NCBI GenBank assembly: GCA_002305125.1
Contig: DBQG01000001.1
Coordinates: 1 to 43,536 of the forward strand
Direction of reading: 5' to 3'
Length of the DNA stretch: 43,536 bases
From: Patescibacteria group bacterium UBA1400
GTDB lineage: Bacteria > Patescibacteriota > Microgenomatia > UBA1400
Below the pieces are notes generated by a model, which was given only the letters and a program-made list of their open reading frames with translations, was not told where the DNA came from and did no database searches. Every line of letters starts with the position of its first letter. Position 1 is the stretch's first letter. This document shows positions 35,176-43,393 of the stretch, one piece after another. The position numbers and the translations under genes are program-made.

Positions 35176-36467
35176 AAGAAAGTTTAAAGAAGAAAATTAA
35201 TAACTTACCTTTTAAGCCGGGCATTTACTTTTTTAAAAACAAACAGGGTAAGATTATTTATATTGGCAAATCGGTAAGTTTGCGCAAAAGAGTTAAAAGC
35301 TATTTTCAAAAATTAAATCTACCCGGATTAACCCAAAAAATGATAATGGCCATTGCTGATGTTGAGGTAAGAGTTTGTGAGTCTGAATTTGAAGCCTTGC
35401 TTTTAGAGGCAGAGTTTATTAATAAGCTACAACCGTATTTTAATATTCGTTTTAAAGATGATAAACATTTTTTAATGATTGCTATTTCTCAGGATGAGGA
35501 TTATCCCCGCATTTATACAACCAGAAAAAAAGAAGGAAAAGCTTTCTATTTTGGTCCCTTTCCTTCTTCGGCGGATGTTAAAAGAGTGTTAAAAACAGTT
35601 CGTAGGATCTTTCCTTATTGTACTTGTAAGCCTAGGTTGGGGCAAAAAAAAGCCTGTTTATACTATCATCTGGGCCTTTGTCCCGGGTGCTGTATTGGTC
35701 TTGATAAAAAAGAATATAAAAAAACCGTTAAAAAGATAATTAAATTTTTACAGGGAAATATTAAGGGGGTAAAATCACAGTTGAAAAAAGAAATGATTCA
35801 GGCCTCCAAACTTCTGGAGTTTGAAAAAGCCAATAGCTTGAAAAAACAGTTGGAGGCGATTGACTATATTGTTTTAAACTGGCAAAGTCTTGATGATAAT
35901 AGTTTAACCAACCTGCTTTCTAGCGATCAAAAGGAACAGATCTTAGTTGAAGCCAAAAAAATTTTTCCTCAGCTTAAAAGTTTAAATAGGGTTGAGGCTT
36001 ATGATATTTCCAATCTTTATGGTCAGCAAGCTACAGGCTCGATGGTAGTTTTTTCTTATTTAAGTCCTGATAAAAGCGAGTATCGCCATTTTAAAATTAG
36101 AAGTGTTAATCAACCTGATGATGTGGCTATGATGAAGGAGGTGTTGCAAAGAAGGTTTAACCGGCAGGATTGGTTTTATCCCCAATTGGTGATTGTGGAT
36201 GGTGGTAAAGGTCAGGTAATGGCTGCTCTAGATGTATTGATAGAAAAAAAGCTGGATAAAATTAACTTGTTGGGATTGGCTAAAAAACAGGAGACTATTT
36301 TTGTGCCTAATGTTAAAAAAGGAATTGTTTTTTCTTGGCAAGAAGTAAAGCTTGAAAAAAACTCCCCCTTTTTGCGCTTTTTACAAAGTTTAAGGGATGA
36401 ATCTCACCGTTTTGCCAAAAACTATCATCTTTTGCTCAGAAAAAAAAGTCTTAAACTGGTAAAATAA
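35172..36467 (+). CDS. uvrC: Excinuclease ABC subunit C (compact; lacks C-terminal HhH)
   Basis: GIY-YIG motifs, Cys cluster, UVR domain, EAYDISN, VDGGKGQ, RDESHRFA. Confidence 0.93.
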   Translation: MKESLKKKINNLPFKPGIYFFKNKQGKIIYIGKSVSLRKRVKSYFQKLNLPGLTQKMIMAIADVEVRVCESEFEALLLEAEFINKLQPYFNIRFKDDKHFLMIAISQDEDYPRIYTTRKKEGKAFYFGPFPSSADVKRVLKTVRRIFPYCTCKPRLGQKKACLYYHLGLCPGCCIGLDKKEYKKTVKKIIKFLQGNIKGVKSQLKKEMIQASKLLEFEKANSLKKQLEAIDYIVLNWQSLDDNSLTNLLSSDQKEQILVEAKKIFPQLKSLNRVEAYDISNLYGQQATGSMVVFSYLSPDKSEYRHFKIRSVNQPDDVAMMKEVLQRRFNRQDWFYPQLVIVDGGKGQVMAALDVLIEKKLDKINLLGLAKKQETIFVPNVKKGIVFSWQEVKLEKNSPFLRFLQSLRDESHRFAKNYHLLLRKKSLKLVK

Positions 36468-36470
36468 ACT

Positions 36471-37352
36471 ATGATGGATCTTGATTTTGCCAAAATTTAC
36501 TCTGTTTCCAAACTTAGCTTGTTTGATCAATGTCCTAAGGCTTACCACTTTTCCTATCTTGATCCTATTTATTCCCGGATGAAGAGCAAGCTAAGAAAAG
36601 ACCCGGCCAATATTTTTGCTTTTAATACTTTAGGGCGGGCGGTTCATGACGCATTAACTTTATTTTTTCATCTTGAAAAAACGGAGCAGAACTTGAAGAA
36701 CCTTAAAAATCAGCTTAAACTTAGCTGGCGCTCTGAGGCTATGCCTCACAAGCTGCCTCCTCTGGGTGCATGGGGTGGATTTACTGATATAGAAGAGGAA
36801 AGAAGATATTATCAGGATGCCTTAAACATGTTGATTAACTTTTATAAAAACTTCGATCTTTCTCTTAAGGTTTATTACCTGCCTACCAAAGATCTTCTTA
36901 GATCTATTGAAGACTATAAAAAACTTATTAAGCCGATCTCTCTTGACAGTGATATTTCTGGCAAGTTTGATCTTATTGTTGAGGCAGACGATGGTTTGGA
37001 AGTGGTTGATTTTAAAACTGGCAAAAATGAAGAACAGGACAACTTTCAGCTTAGATTTTATAAACTTTTAGCAGAACTTAATTTTAATAAGTTTATTAAA
37101 AAGGCCAGTTTTTATTATTTAAAAACTGGAAATATTAAAGAGTTTGATTTGGAAACAGAAAATAAAACTGAAGAGATTAAAGAAGAGATTTTAGATAAGA
37201 TAGCCAAAATTAAAACTGCTCAGGAGTTTGAGGCCAGGCCCTCAAAATTATGTAAATACTGTTTATTTAAAAATTTTTGTCCGGCCAAAAACGAAGTTAG
37301 AGAATTTATTAAACAGCCTGAAGATAATGAAGTTGAAGACTTGCCCTTTTAA
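36471..37352 (+). CDS. PD-(D/E)XK RecB/AddB/Cas4-like nuclease with probable Fe-S cysteines
   Basis: S.SKL..F.QCP, GRAVH, GKFD...VVDFKTG, QLRFY, CKYCLFKNFC. Confidence 0.88.
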   Translation: MMDLDFAKIYSVSKLSLFDQCPKAYHFSYLDPIYSRMKSKLRKDPANIFAFNTLGRAVHDALTLFFHLEKTEQNLKNLKNQLKLSWRSEAMPHKLPPLGAWGGFTDIEEERRYYQDALNMLINFYKNFDLSLKVYYLPTKDLLRSIEDYKKLIKPISLDSDISGKFDLIVEADDGLEVVDFKTGKNEEQDNFQLRFYKLLAELNFNKFIKKASFYYLKTGNIKEFDLETENKTEEIKEEILDKIAKIKTAQEFEARPSKLCKYCLFKNFCPAKNEVREFIKQPEDNEVEDLPF

Positions 37353-37405
37353 GCAGGCAATTTAGACCTTTTTCTTTTAAATAATGTTTAGGGTAAAACT
37401 GTTAT

Positions 37406-37633
37406 ATGAAGCAGATTTTAGTTAAAGTTAAGCCTTCAAGCCGGCAAATTAAAGTTGAGAAGATTAGTAACAGTGAGTTTAAAGTTTTTTTAACTGCCGT
37501 GGCTCAGAATAATCAGGCTAACAGACAGCTTCTGAAAGTTTTAGCTAAGTTTTTTCAGCTTAAACCAGGACAGGTTTTGTTTAAATCAGGCTTGAAAAGT
37601 AGGACTAAAAAAATTATTTTAAGAGAAGATTAG
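37406..37633 (+). CDS. DUF167 (YggU-like) protein
   Basis: VKVKPSSR...ANRQLLKVLAKFF...SGLKSRTK. Confidence 0.85.
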   Translation: MKQILVKVKPSSRQIKVEKISNSEFKVFLTAVAQNNQANRQLLKVLAKFFQLKPGQVLFKSGLKSRTKKIILRED

Positions 37634-37659
37634 TTTATTAATTAATTTTCTAAAAGATA

Positions 37660-37692
37660 ATACTTGACTTATTCATATCAAGTATGTAAGCT
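37660..37692 (+). promoter_or_regulatory. glpX operon promoter with overlapping inverted repeat (candidate operator)
   Basis: TTGACT (37664)-17-TAAGCT (37687). ATACTTGA-N10-TCAAGTAT at 37660-37685. Confidence 0.6.
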
Positions 37693-37747
37693 AAAAAAGC
37701 TTTTGGAAAAAGACATGAACAAAAAAAATTTGAAACAACAAGTTTTT

Positions 37748-37779
37748 AAAGCAGCTTCTTATTTTTAAGCTGCTTTTTT
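37748..37779 (+). terminator. Intrinsic-terminator-like hairpin immediately 5' of the glpX SD
   Basis: Perfect 10-bp stem AAAGCAGCTT / AAGCTGCTTT with a 9-nt loop, ending in a T6 run. Confidence 0.6.
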
Positions 37780-37791
37780 ATTAGGAGGAAC

Positions 37792-38754
37792 ATGGAAAAT
37801 ACTTTAATAATGCAGATTTCTCATGCTACGGAATTGGCAGCGATGGCCGCAGCTAGAGCCGCAGGCTTTGGTGATAAAAAGGCAGCTGATGGTGAGGCAG
37901 TTAAGGCTATGAGGCAGTTTTTTAACTCCGTTGATTTTAAAGCCCGCGTGGTTATTGGCGAAGGTGAAAGAGATAAGGCCCCCATGCTTTATATTGGAGA
38001 AAAACTGGGTACGGGTAAGGGGATGAGTGTAGATATCGCAGTTGATCCCTTAGAAAACACCAACGCCACAGCTAGTCTTGGTCCCAGAGCTATTGCCGTC
38101 TTGGCAGCAGCAGAAAAGGGCGGTTTATTTCATGCGCCTGATATGTATATGAACAAGCTTATAGTTGGTCCTGAAGCAGCGGGTAAGATAAATATTGATG
38201 CTCCGGTAGGAAAAAATCTTGAGGTTTTAGCTAAAGTGTTGAAAAGGGATGTTAAGGATTTAGTTATTGTTGTGCTTGATAGGCCAAGGAATGAGGAGTT
38301 AGTGGCTGATATTAGGAAAGCCGGAGCCAGGGTTAAACTGATTTTAGACGGTGATCTGCTTCCCGGAATTGCAGTGGCAATGAGGGGTAGCGGTGTTCAT
38401 GCAGTAATGGGAATTGGGGCTGCGCCTGAAGGAGTAATGAGTGCGGCCGGACTGAGGTGTTTGAAAGGAGAGATGCAGGCCAGATTTTGGCCCAAAAGCA
38501 GGGAAGAGGAAGAGCGTTTAAAGAAGATGGGAGGTAATGTAAAAAAGGTTTATAAAACCGAGGATCTGGCTTCGGGCAAACAGATAGTTTTTTGTGCTAC
38601 CGGTGTTACTAATGGAGATATTTTAAAAGGGGTAAGATTTTTCGGCGGCGGAGCCAGAACCAACACTTTGCTGATGAATACTATTTCTGACAAGATCAGA
38701 TTTATAGATACTACCCATGTGTTTGACAAAAAACAGATTGAATATCGGATTTAA
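37792..38754 (+). CDS. glpX: Fructose-1,6-bisphosphatase class II
   Basis: VVIGEGERDKAPMLYIGE, DIAVDPLENT, APDMYM, LDRPR, GAAPEGV, ATGVT. AGGAGG SD. Confidence 0.97.
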   Translation: MENTLIMQISHATELAAMAAARAAGFGDKKAADGEAVKAMRQFFNSVDFKARVVIGEGERDKAPMLYIGEKLGTGKGMSVDIAVDPLENTNATASLGPRAIAVLAAAEKGGLFHAPDMYMNKLIVGPEAAGKINIDAPVGKNLEVLAKVLKRDVKDLVIVVLDRPRNEELVADIRKAGARVKLILDGDLLPGIAVAMRGSGVHAVMGIGAAPEGVMSAAGLRCLKGEMQARFWPKSREEEERLKKMGGNVKKVYKTEDLASGKQIVFCATGVTNGDILKGVRFFGGGARTNTLLMNTISDKIRFIDTTHVFDKKQIEYRI

Positions 38755-38791
38755 TTCTTAAAAGAAAAAACTTGAATTTAAAGGAGGAGTT

Positions 38792-40060
38792 ATGAGTGAC
38801 ATCATTGATGGTTTGGTTTGGCAGCTAGTTTTTGCCGACAGCAAAGAAGATAAAAACACTGCCTATACAAAACTTTGGAATTTGGGTCAGGAAAAGGGGG
38901 TTTTGCCGGCATCTATTAATGATTTATATCTGGCTCGGGCGCAGGGACAGACACCTTTAGATTTTACAGTTCCTGCTATAAATTTACGGGGTATGACTTA
39001 TGATTCGGCCCAGGCAGTTTTTAGGGCTGCGGTGAATAAAAATGTTGGTGCTTTGATTTTTGAGATTGCCAGATCTGAAATTGGTTATACTGACCAATCT
39101 CCTCAGGAGTATGTAGGTGTTATTATTGCTGCTGCTTTAGCTCAGGGATTTACAGGACCTTTGTTTATTCAAGGAGATCATTTTCAAGTTAAAGTTTCTG
39201 ATCAACCAGGAGTAGCTAAGGAAGGTGAGGTGGACAAGGTTAAAGAACTTATTGCTCAAGCTTTAGAAGCGGGTTTTTATAATGTTGACATTGATGCTTC
39301 AACCTTGGTTGATTATGCAAAGCCTGATATTTATGACCAGCAGCAGACTAATTTTTTGGTCTCTTCCCAGCTTTCCCAGTATGTTCGCAGTCTTCAACCT
39401 GAAGGAATAACTGTTTCTTTAGGAGGAGAGATTGGCCATATTGGCGGAAAAAACTCTACTGAAGAAGAGCTGAGGGCTTATATTAAAGGTTTTAAGGAAA
39501 ACATTTCTGAAGGAATGATAGGACTGTCTAAAGTATCTATTCAGACAGGAACTCACCATGGTGGTGTCCCTTTGGCTGATGGCAGTCTGGCTGATGTAGA
39601 TGTTGACTTTGGTACTTTAAAAAATTTGGCTCAAGTATCACGGCAGCTGGGAATGGCAGGAACAGTTCAGCACGGTGCTTCTACTTTGCCTAAAGACTAT
39701 TTTGCCCAGTTTCCTGCCTCAGAAGCAGTAGAAGTGCATTTGGCAACCGGTTTCCAGAATATTATTATGGATCACCCCCAGTTTCCTGAAAAACTACTTG
39801 GGAAAATGTATGATTGGATTGACCAGAATCAGCAAGATGAGAAGAAAGAAGGCCAAACCGACGAGCAGTTTCATTATAAATTAAGAAAAAAAGCCTGGGG
39901 ACCCTTTAAAAAAGAAGTTTGGTCCTTGTCAGGGGAAATAAAAGAAGCGATTGGCAGCCAGCTGGAAAAAGAGTTTGCTTTTATGTTTCAGGCTTTAAAA
40001 GTAGAAAATAGCAAAGATTTGGTCAGCAGATTTGTTAAGCCTGTTATATTAAAAAAGTAA
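38792..40060 (+). CDS. Class II fructose-bisphosphate aldolase family protein (long variant)
   Basis: VPAIN, QGDH, GEIGHIGG, GTHHG, VQHGAS metal/substrate motifs. Lies between glpX and pgk. Confidence 0.85.
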   Translation: MSDIIDGLVWQLVFADSKEDKNTAYTKLWNLGQEKGVLPASINDLYLARAQGQTPLDFTVPAINLRGMTYDSAQAVFRAAVNKNVGALIFEIARSEIGYTDQSPQEYVGVIIAAALAQGFTGPLFIQGDHFQVKVSDQPGVAKEGEVDKVKELIAQALEAGFYNVDIDASTLVDYAKPDIYDQQQTNFLVSSQLSQYVRSLQPEGITVSLGGEIGHIGGKNSTEEELRAYIKGFKENISEGMIGLSKVSIQTGTHHGGVPLADGSLADVDVDFGTLKNLAQVSRQLGMAGTVQHGASTLPKDYFAQFPASEAVEVHLATGFQNIIMDHPQFPEKLLGKMYDWIDQNQQDEKKEGQTDEQFHYKLRKKAWGPFKKEVWSLSGEIKEAIGSQLEKEFAFMFQALKVENSKDLVSRFVKPVILKK

Positions 40061-40076
40061 CCCTTAAAGGAGTTAT

Positions 40077-41264
40077 ATGAAAAAGAAGACAATTAAAGAT
40101 ATTAGGCTTGATAATAAAAAGGTGCTTGTCAGGGTTGATTACAATGTTTCTTTAGGTGAGGATTTTAAGATTGCCGATGACTTTCGTATCAGGCAAACCC
40201 TGACAACTTTGGATTATTTGTCCAAAAAAGGCTGTACAATTTTTCTCCTTTCTCATTTAGGTAGACCTGAGGGGCTAAAGAATAAAGATTTTTCTTTAAA
40301 ACCAGTGGCCCAGCATTTGCAAAAAATATTAGGAAGAAAAGTTTTCTTTTTTGACAAAGACATAACTGATGCAAATGCCAGAAAAGAACTTAGCAGTTTT
40401 AATAAGGGAGAGATTGTTTTGCTGGAAAATATTAGGTTTTATAAACAGGAAGAAGAAAATGATCAGCAATTTGCTCAAAATCTTGCCGGCTTGGCTGATA
40501 TTTTTGTCAACGATGCTTTTGGTGTTTCCCACAGGGTACATGCTTCAACTGTAGGAGTAACCCAGTTTCTTCCCTCAGTGGCAGGATTGCTTTTAGAAAA
40601 AGAGGTTAAAGTTATTTCTCAGGCTTTAAACAAACCCAAGAGGCCTTTGGTGGCTATAATTGGCGGAGCCAAGGCTGAGGATAAAATTACTCTGGTAGGC
40701 AAGCTTCTAGAAAAAGCAGATTATTGTCTGGTAGGCGGTGGAACAGCCAATACTTTTTTAAGTGCCTGGGGTTATAAAGTCGGTCAATCTAAGGTTTATC
40801 ATGAGATGGTGGAGTTGGCGAAAAAACTTTTTTGGAAAGCTTCAAGACGGAATACGGCCATGCTTTTGCCCACAGATGTAGTTCTGGGAAACCTTAAAGA
40901 AAAAACAACCAACGGAGTGGTGGATGTAGAAAAAATTCCTGCTTCCTGGCAGGCCTTGGATATTGGTCCTAAAACCCAGGCAGAGTTTGGTAATGCTATT
41001 GCCAAAGCCAACACCATTATTTGGAACGGACCAATGGGGGTTTTTGAAAAACAGGAGTTTAAAAATGGCACTGAATTTATTTACTGGGCTATTGCCCAAA
41101 ATTCCCAATCATTAAGCATTATTGGCGGCGGCGATACTATTTCTGCTTTGAAGAAAAAAGAGTATTTAAAGGTTATTGACCATGTTTCCACCGGAGGCGG
41201 AGCCATGCTTGAGTTTATTGAACAGGGCACACTGCCGGGCATACAGGCTTTGGAAGATAAATAA
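40077..41264 (+). CDS. pgk: Phosphoglycerate kinase
   Basis: RVDYNV, SHLGRP, LLENIRF, NDAFG..HR, WNGPMGVFE, HVSTGGGA. Confidence 0.98.
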   Translation: MKKKTIKDIRLDNKKVLVRVDYNVSLGEDFKIADDFRIRQTLTTLDYLSKKGCTIFLLSHLGRPEGLKNKDFSLKPVAQHLQKILGRKVFFFDKDITDANARKELSSFNKGEIVLLENIRFYKQEEENDQQFAQNLAGLADIFVNDAFGVSHRVHASTVGVTQFLPSVAGLLLEKEVKVISQALNKPKRPLVAIIGGAKAEDKITLVGKLLEKADYCLVGGGTANTFLSAWGYKVGQSKVYHEMVELAKKLFWKASRRNTAMLLPTDVVLGNLKEKTTNGVVDVEKIPASWQALDIGPKTQAEFGNAIAKANTIIWNGPMGVFEKQEFKNGTEFIYWAIAQNSQSLSIIGGGDTISALKKKEYLKVIDHVSTGGGAMLEFIEQGTLPGIQALEDK

Positions 41265-41291
41265 ATTCTAACTATACTTCTTTTGAACAAT

Positions 41292-41320
41292 TTGCCTAAT
41301 TTATTGGTTAAAGCTATACT
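41292..41320 (+). promoter_or_regulatory. Promoter of the histidine kinase gene
   Basis: TTGCCT-17-TATACT. Confidence 0.55.
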
Positions 41321-41344
41321 GTTATTAGCCAGCTTTTTTATTTT

Positions 41345-42367
41345 ATGTCAGAAAAAAGAGGTTCAGTTTTAGCGCTTCCTGATTTAAGACCTTTATACTT
41401 AGATGCTTTGGAATTTACTCCTCAACAATATTTTAACCTTGTATTTCATGATTTTAAGAACAACCTTACTCCCATGTTTGGTTTTGTAGATTTAGCCATA
41501 GAAGGTGCTTTTACTGATGAAGAAAATAGTTTTTTTCTTCAGATAGCTCCTTATGTTAGACAGGTAAAGGCAATTTTTGACTTTTTACAGGATAGTTTCA
41601 GCAACGATGATTTATATCAATGTCAGTCAGGTTTAAAAGAAGACACGTTAGCATTTTTACAAGGTTTAAGGGAAGAGTTTTTTGTCGAAGAAGATGAAAA
41701 AAGAATGTTGCCTGAAGAGTATCAACAGCAAAGTTGTTTGCAAATTATGATTCGGGAAATAGAATGGTATTTAGATTTTATTGCGGTTTTTCCTGAAACC
41801 ATAGCTATTCCTGATGGGATATGTGACAAATCTTTAGTAAAACTTAATAAGGCTAGGCAACTGCTGGAAGAAGTGCCGGCTGAAATAATGAATTTTGATC
41901 TTTTAATTCCCAATTATGAACCTGTAAACATTAAGCAGAAAATAGAAGAAGTTTTATTTCAACAACGGAAGTTAAATGGTCACTCTTTTGAAACGAATTA
42001 TCCTAAAGAGCTAGAAGATCAAATAGTTGAAACAGATGGTCATTTTTTACAAAGGATTTTAGACAACCTTATAGACAATGGCTGTAAATATAGTGCAAAA
42101 GGGTCTCCTTTAACAATTAAAATGGAATCAAGTTGCGGTTTTTTAGCTATAGTTGTTCAGGATTTTGGTATGGGTTTACCCTTAGAATGTCTGCAAGATC
42201 CTGCTGCTCTTTTTAGTCCAGGAAAAAGATTTGCTCCAGAAATTGGAGGTAGTGGTTATGGTTTATGTTTTAGTCAGATGCTAGCCAACAAGTTGGGAGG
42301 TTGGATTACTCCTTATTCTGCGGGAGAGGGTCAAGGCTCTGCGTTTAAACTTTTTTTACCTCTTTGA
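41345..42367 (+). CDS. Soluble orphan histidine kinase (HisKA + HATPase_c)
   Basis: H-box FHDFKNNLT, N-box ILDNLIDNGCKYS, G1 DFGMG, G2 GSGYGL, GQGSAF. Confidence 0.88.
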   Translation: MSEKRGSVLALPDLRPLYLDALEFTPQQYFNLVFHDFKNNLTPMFGFVDLAIEGAFTDEENSFFLQIAPYVRQVKAIFDFLQDSFSNDDLYQCQSGLKEDTLAFLQGLREEFFVEEDEKRMLPEEYQQQSCLQIMIREIEWYLDFIAVFPETIAIPDGICDKSLVKLNKARQLLEEVPAEIMNFDLLIPNYEPVNIKQKIEEVLFQQRKLNGHSFETNYPKELEDQIVETDGHFLQRILDNLIDNGCKYSAKGSPLTIKMESSCGFLAIVVQDFGMGLPLECLQDPAALFSPGKRFAPEIGGSGYGLCFSQMLANKLGGWITPYSAGEGQGSAFKLFLPL

Positions 42368-42375
42368 TTTTTATC

Positions 42376-42422
42376 TTGACAAAATTTTTCTAAAGGTTTA
42401 AACTCCTACTTGAAAGGTATGA
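42376..42422 (+). promoter_or_regulatory. rrf2 promoter with putative autoregulatory operator
   Basis: TTGACA-17-TAAACT, followed by the imperfect palindrome TCCTAC-N7-GTATGA (42404-42422). Confidence 0.6.
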
Positions 42423-42425
42423 TAT

Positions 42426-42818
42426 ATGTTTCAAGTAACTAAATCCGTTGAGTATGCTATCTTGCTTCTAGTTGGTTTATATAAAACTAAAGGAAAGCCT
42501 GTTTCTTTGGCTTCTTTAGCCCAAATCCAGGGTTTGCCTCATAAATATCTGGAAAAAATAGCTGCAAAATTAAAGAAAAAAGACATTTTGGCCAGCAGTC
42601 AAGGAGTTAATGGCGGTTACTTTTTTAAAAAGAAGCCTTCTCAGGTTTCTTTACAGGACATTATTTTATCTGTTGATGGAAGAAAGGGCTTGGTCAGCTG
42701 TTTGTATGGCAAATGCGATTTGGAAGACTCTTGTTTTCATAAAAAAGTTTGGCTTAATTTACAGCAGAAACTGTTTAAAGAACTTGAACAGATTAAATTA
42801 TCTGATTTAGTGAGTTAA
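42426..42818 (+). CDS. Rrf2-family transcriptional regulator (IscR-like, 3 Cys)
   Basis: EYA, YLEKI, S.QGVNGGY, C-LYGK-C-DLEDS-C. Upstream of a cysteine desulfurase. Confidence 0.92.
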   Translation: MFQVTKSVEYAILLLVGLYKTKGKPVSLASLAQIQGLPHKYLEKIAAKLKKKDILASSQGVNGGYFFKKKPSQVSLQDIILSVDGRKGLVSCLYGKCDLEDSCFHKKVWLNLQQKLFKELEQIKLSDLVS

Positions 42819-42819
42819 T

Positions 42820-43392
42820 ATGCTGGTTGTTTTAGATGTAGAAACTAAAAATATGTTTGACGGGGTTAACAGAAAAAAACCTGAAGATTTAGGGATATCT
42901 TTTGTTGGGGTTTTAACGGTGGATAGCGGCAGGGAAAAGTATCTTGGTTTTTGGGAACATGAACTTCCCAAGTTGTGGCCCCTGCTTGAACAGGTGGATT
43001 TGGTAGTTGGCTTTAATCTGTTTGGTTTTGATTTTCCGGCCCTGTCTTCTTACTATTCAGGAGATTTAACCAAACTGCCAGCTTTGGATCTTTTAAAGGA
43101 GTTTGAAAGCGTAGCCGGACACAGAATCAGTTTAAATAGTCTGGCTAAAGCTACTTTGGGTTTGGAAAAAAGCGGAACCGGCATTCAGGCCATTGATCTT
43201 TTTGCCCAAGGAAAGCTTGAGGAGCTGAAAAAATACTGTTTAAAAGATGTAGAAATTACTTATAAACTTTATCAGCATGCTCGGCAATTTGGGTTTTTAA
43301 AATATGTTAATAAGTGGAATAATGTTTGTCAGATTAAGCTTGAACTTAAAAATCAAAATCAGGAGGCTAAGGTACAGATGACCCTAGGATAG
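42820..43392 (+). CDS. DEDD/RNase H-like 3'-5' exonuclease-domain protein (YprB-like)
   Basis: ExoI VLDVET, ExoII GFNLFGFD, ExoIII YCLKDV. Confidence 0.85.
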   Translation: MLVVLDVETKNMFDGVNRKKPEDLGISFVGVLTVDSGREKYLGFWEHELPKLWPLLEQVDLVVGFNLFGFDFPALSSYYSGDLTKLPALDLLKEFESVAGHRISLNSLAKATLGLEKSGTGIQAIDLFAQGKLEELKKYCLKDVEITYKLYQHARQFGFLKYVNKWNNVCQIKLELKNQNQEAKVQMTLG

Positions 43393-43393
43393 A

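Noticed and set aside
36471..37352. Cas4 / CRISPR system
   Set aside because: No repeat-spacer array or other cas genes are in the window; the context is DNA repair.
887..42810. Many 60-125 aa ORFs antisense to, or nested in, long genes
   Set aside because: They are shadow frames of well-supported genes, with no motifs or independent expression signals.
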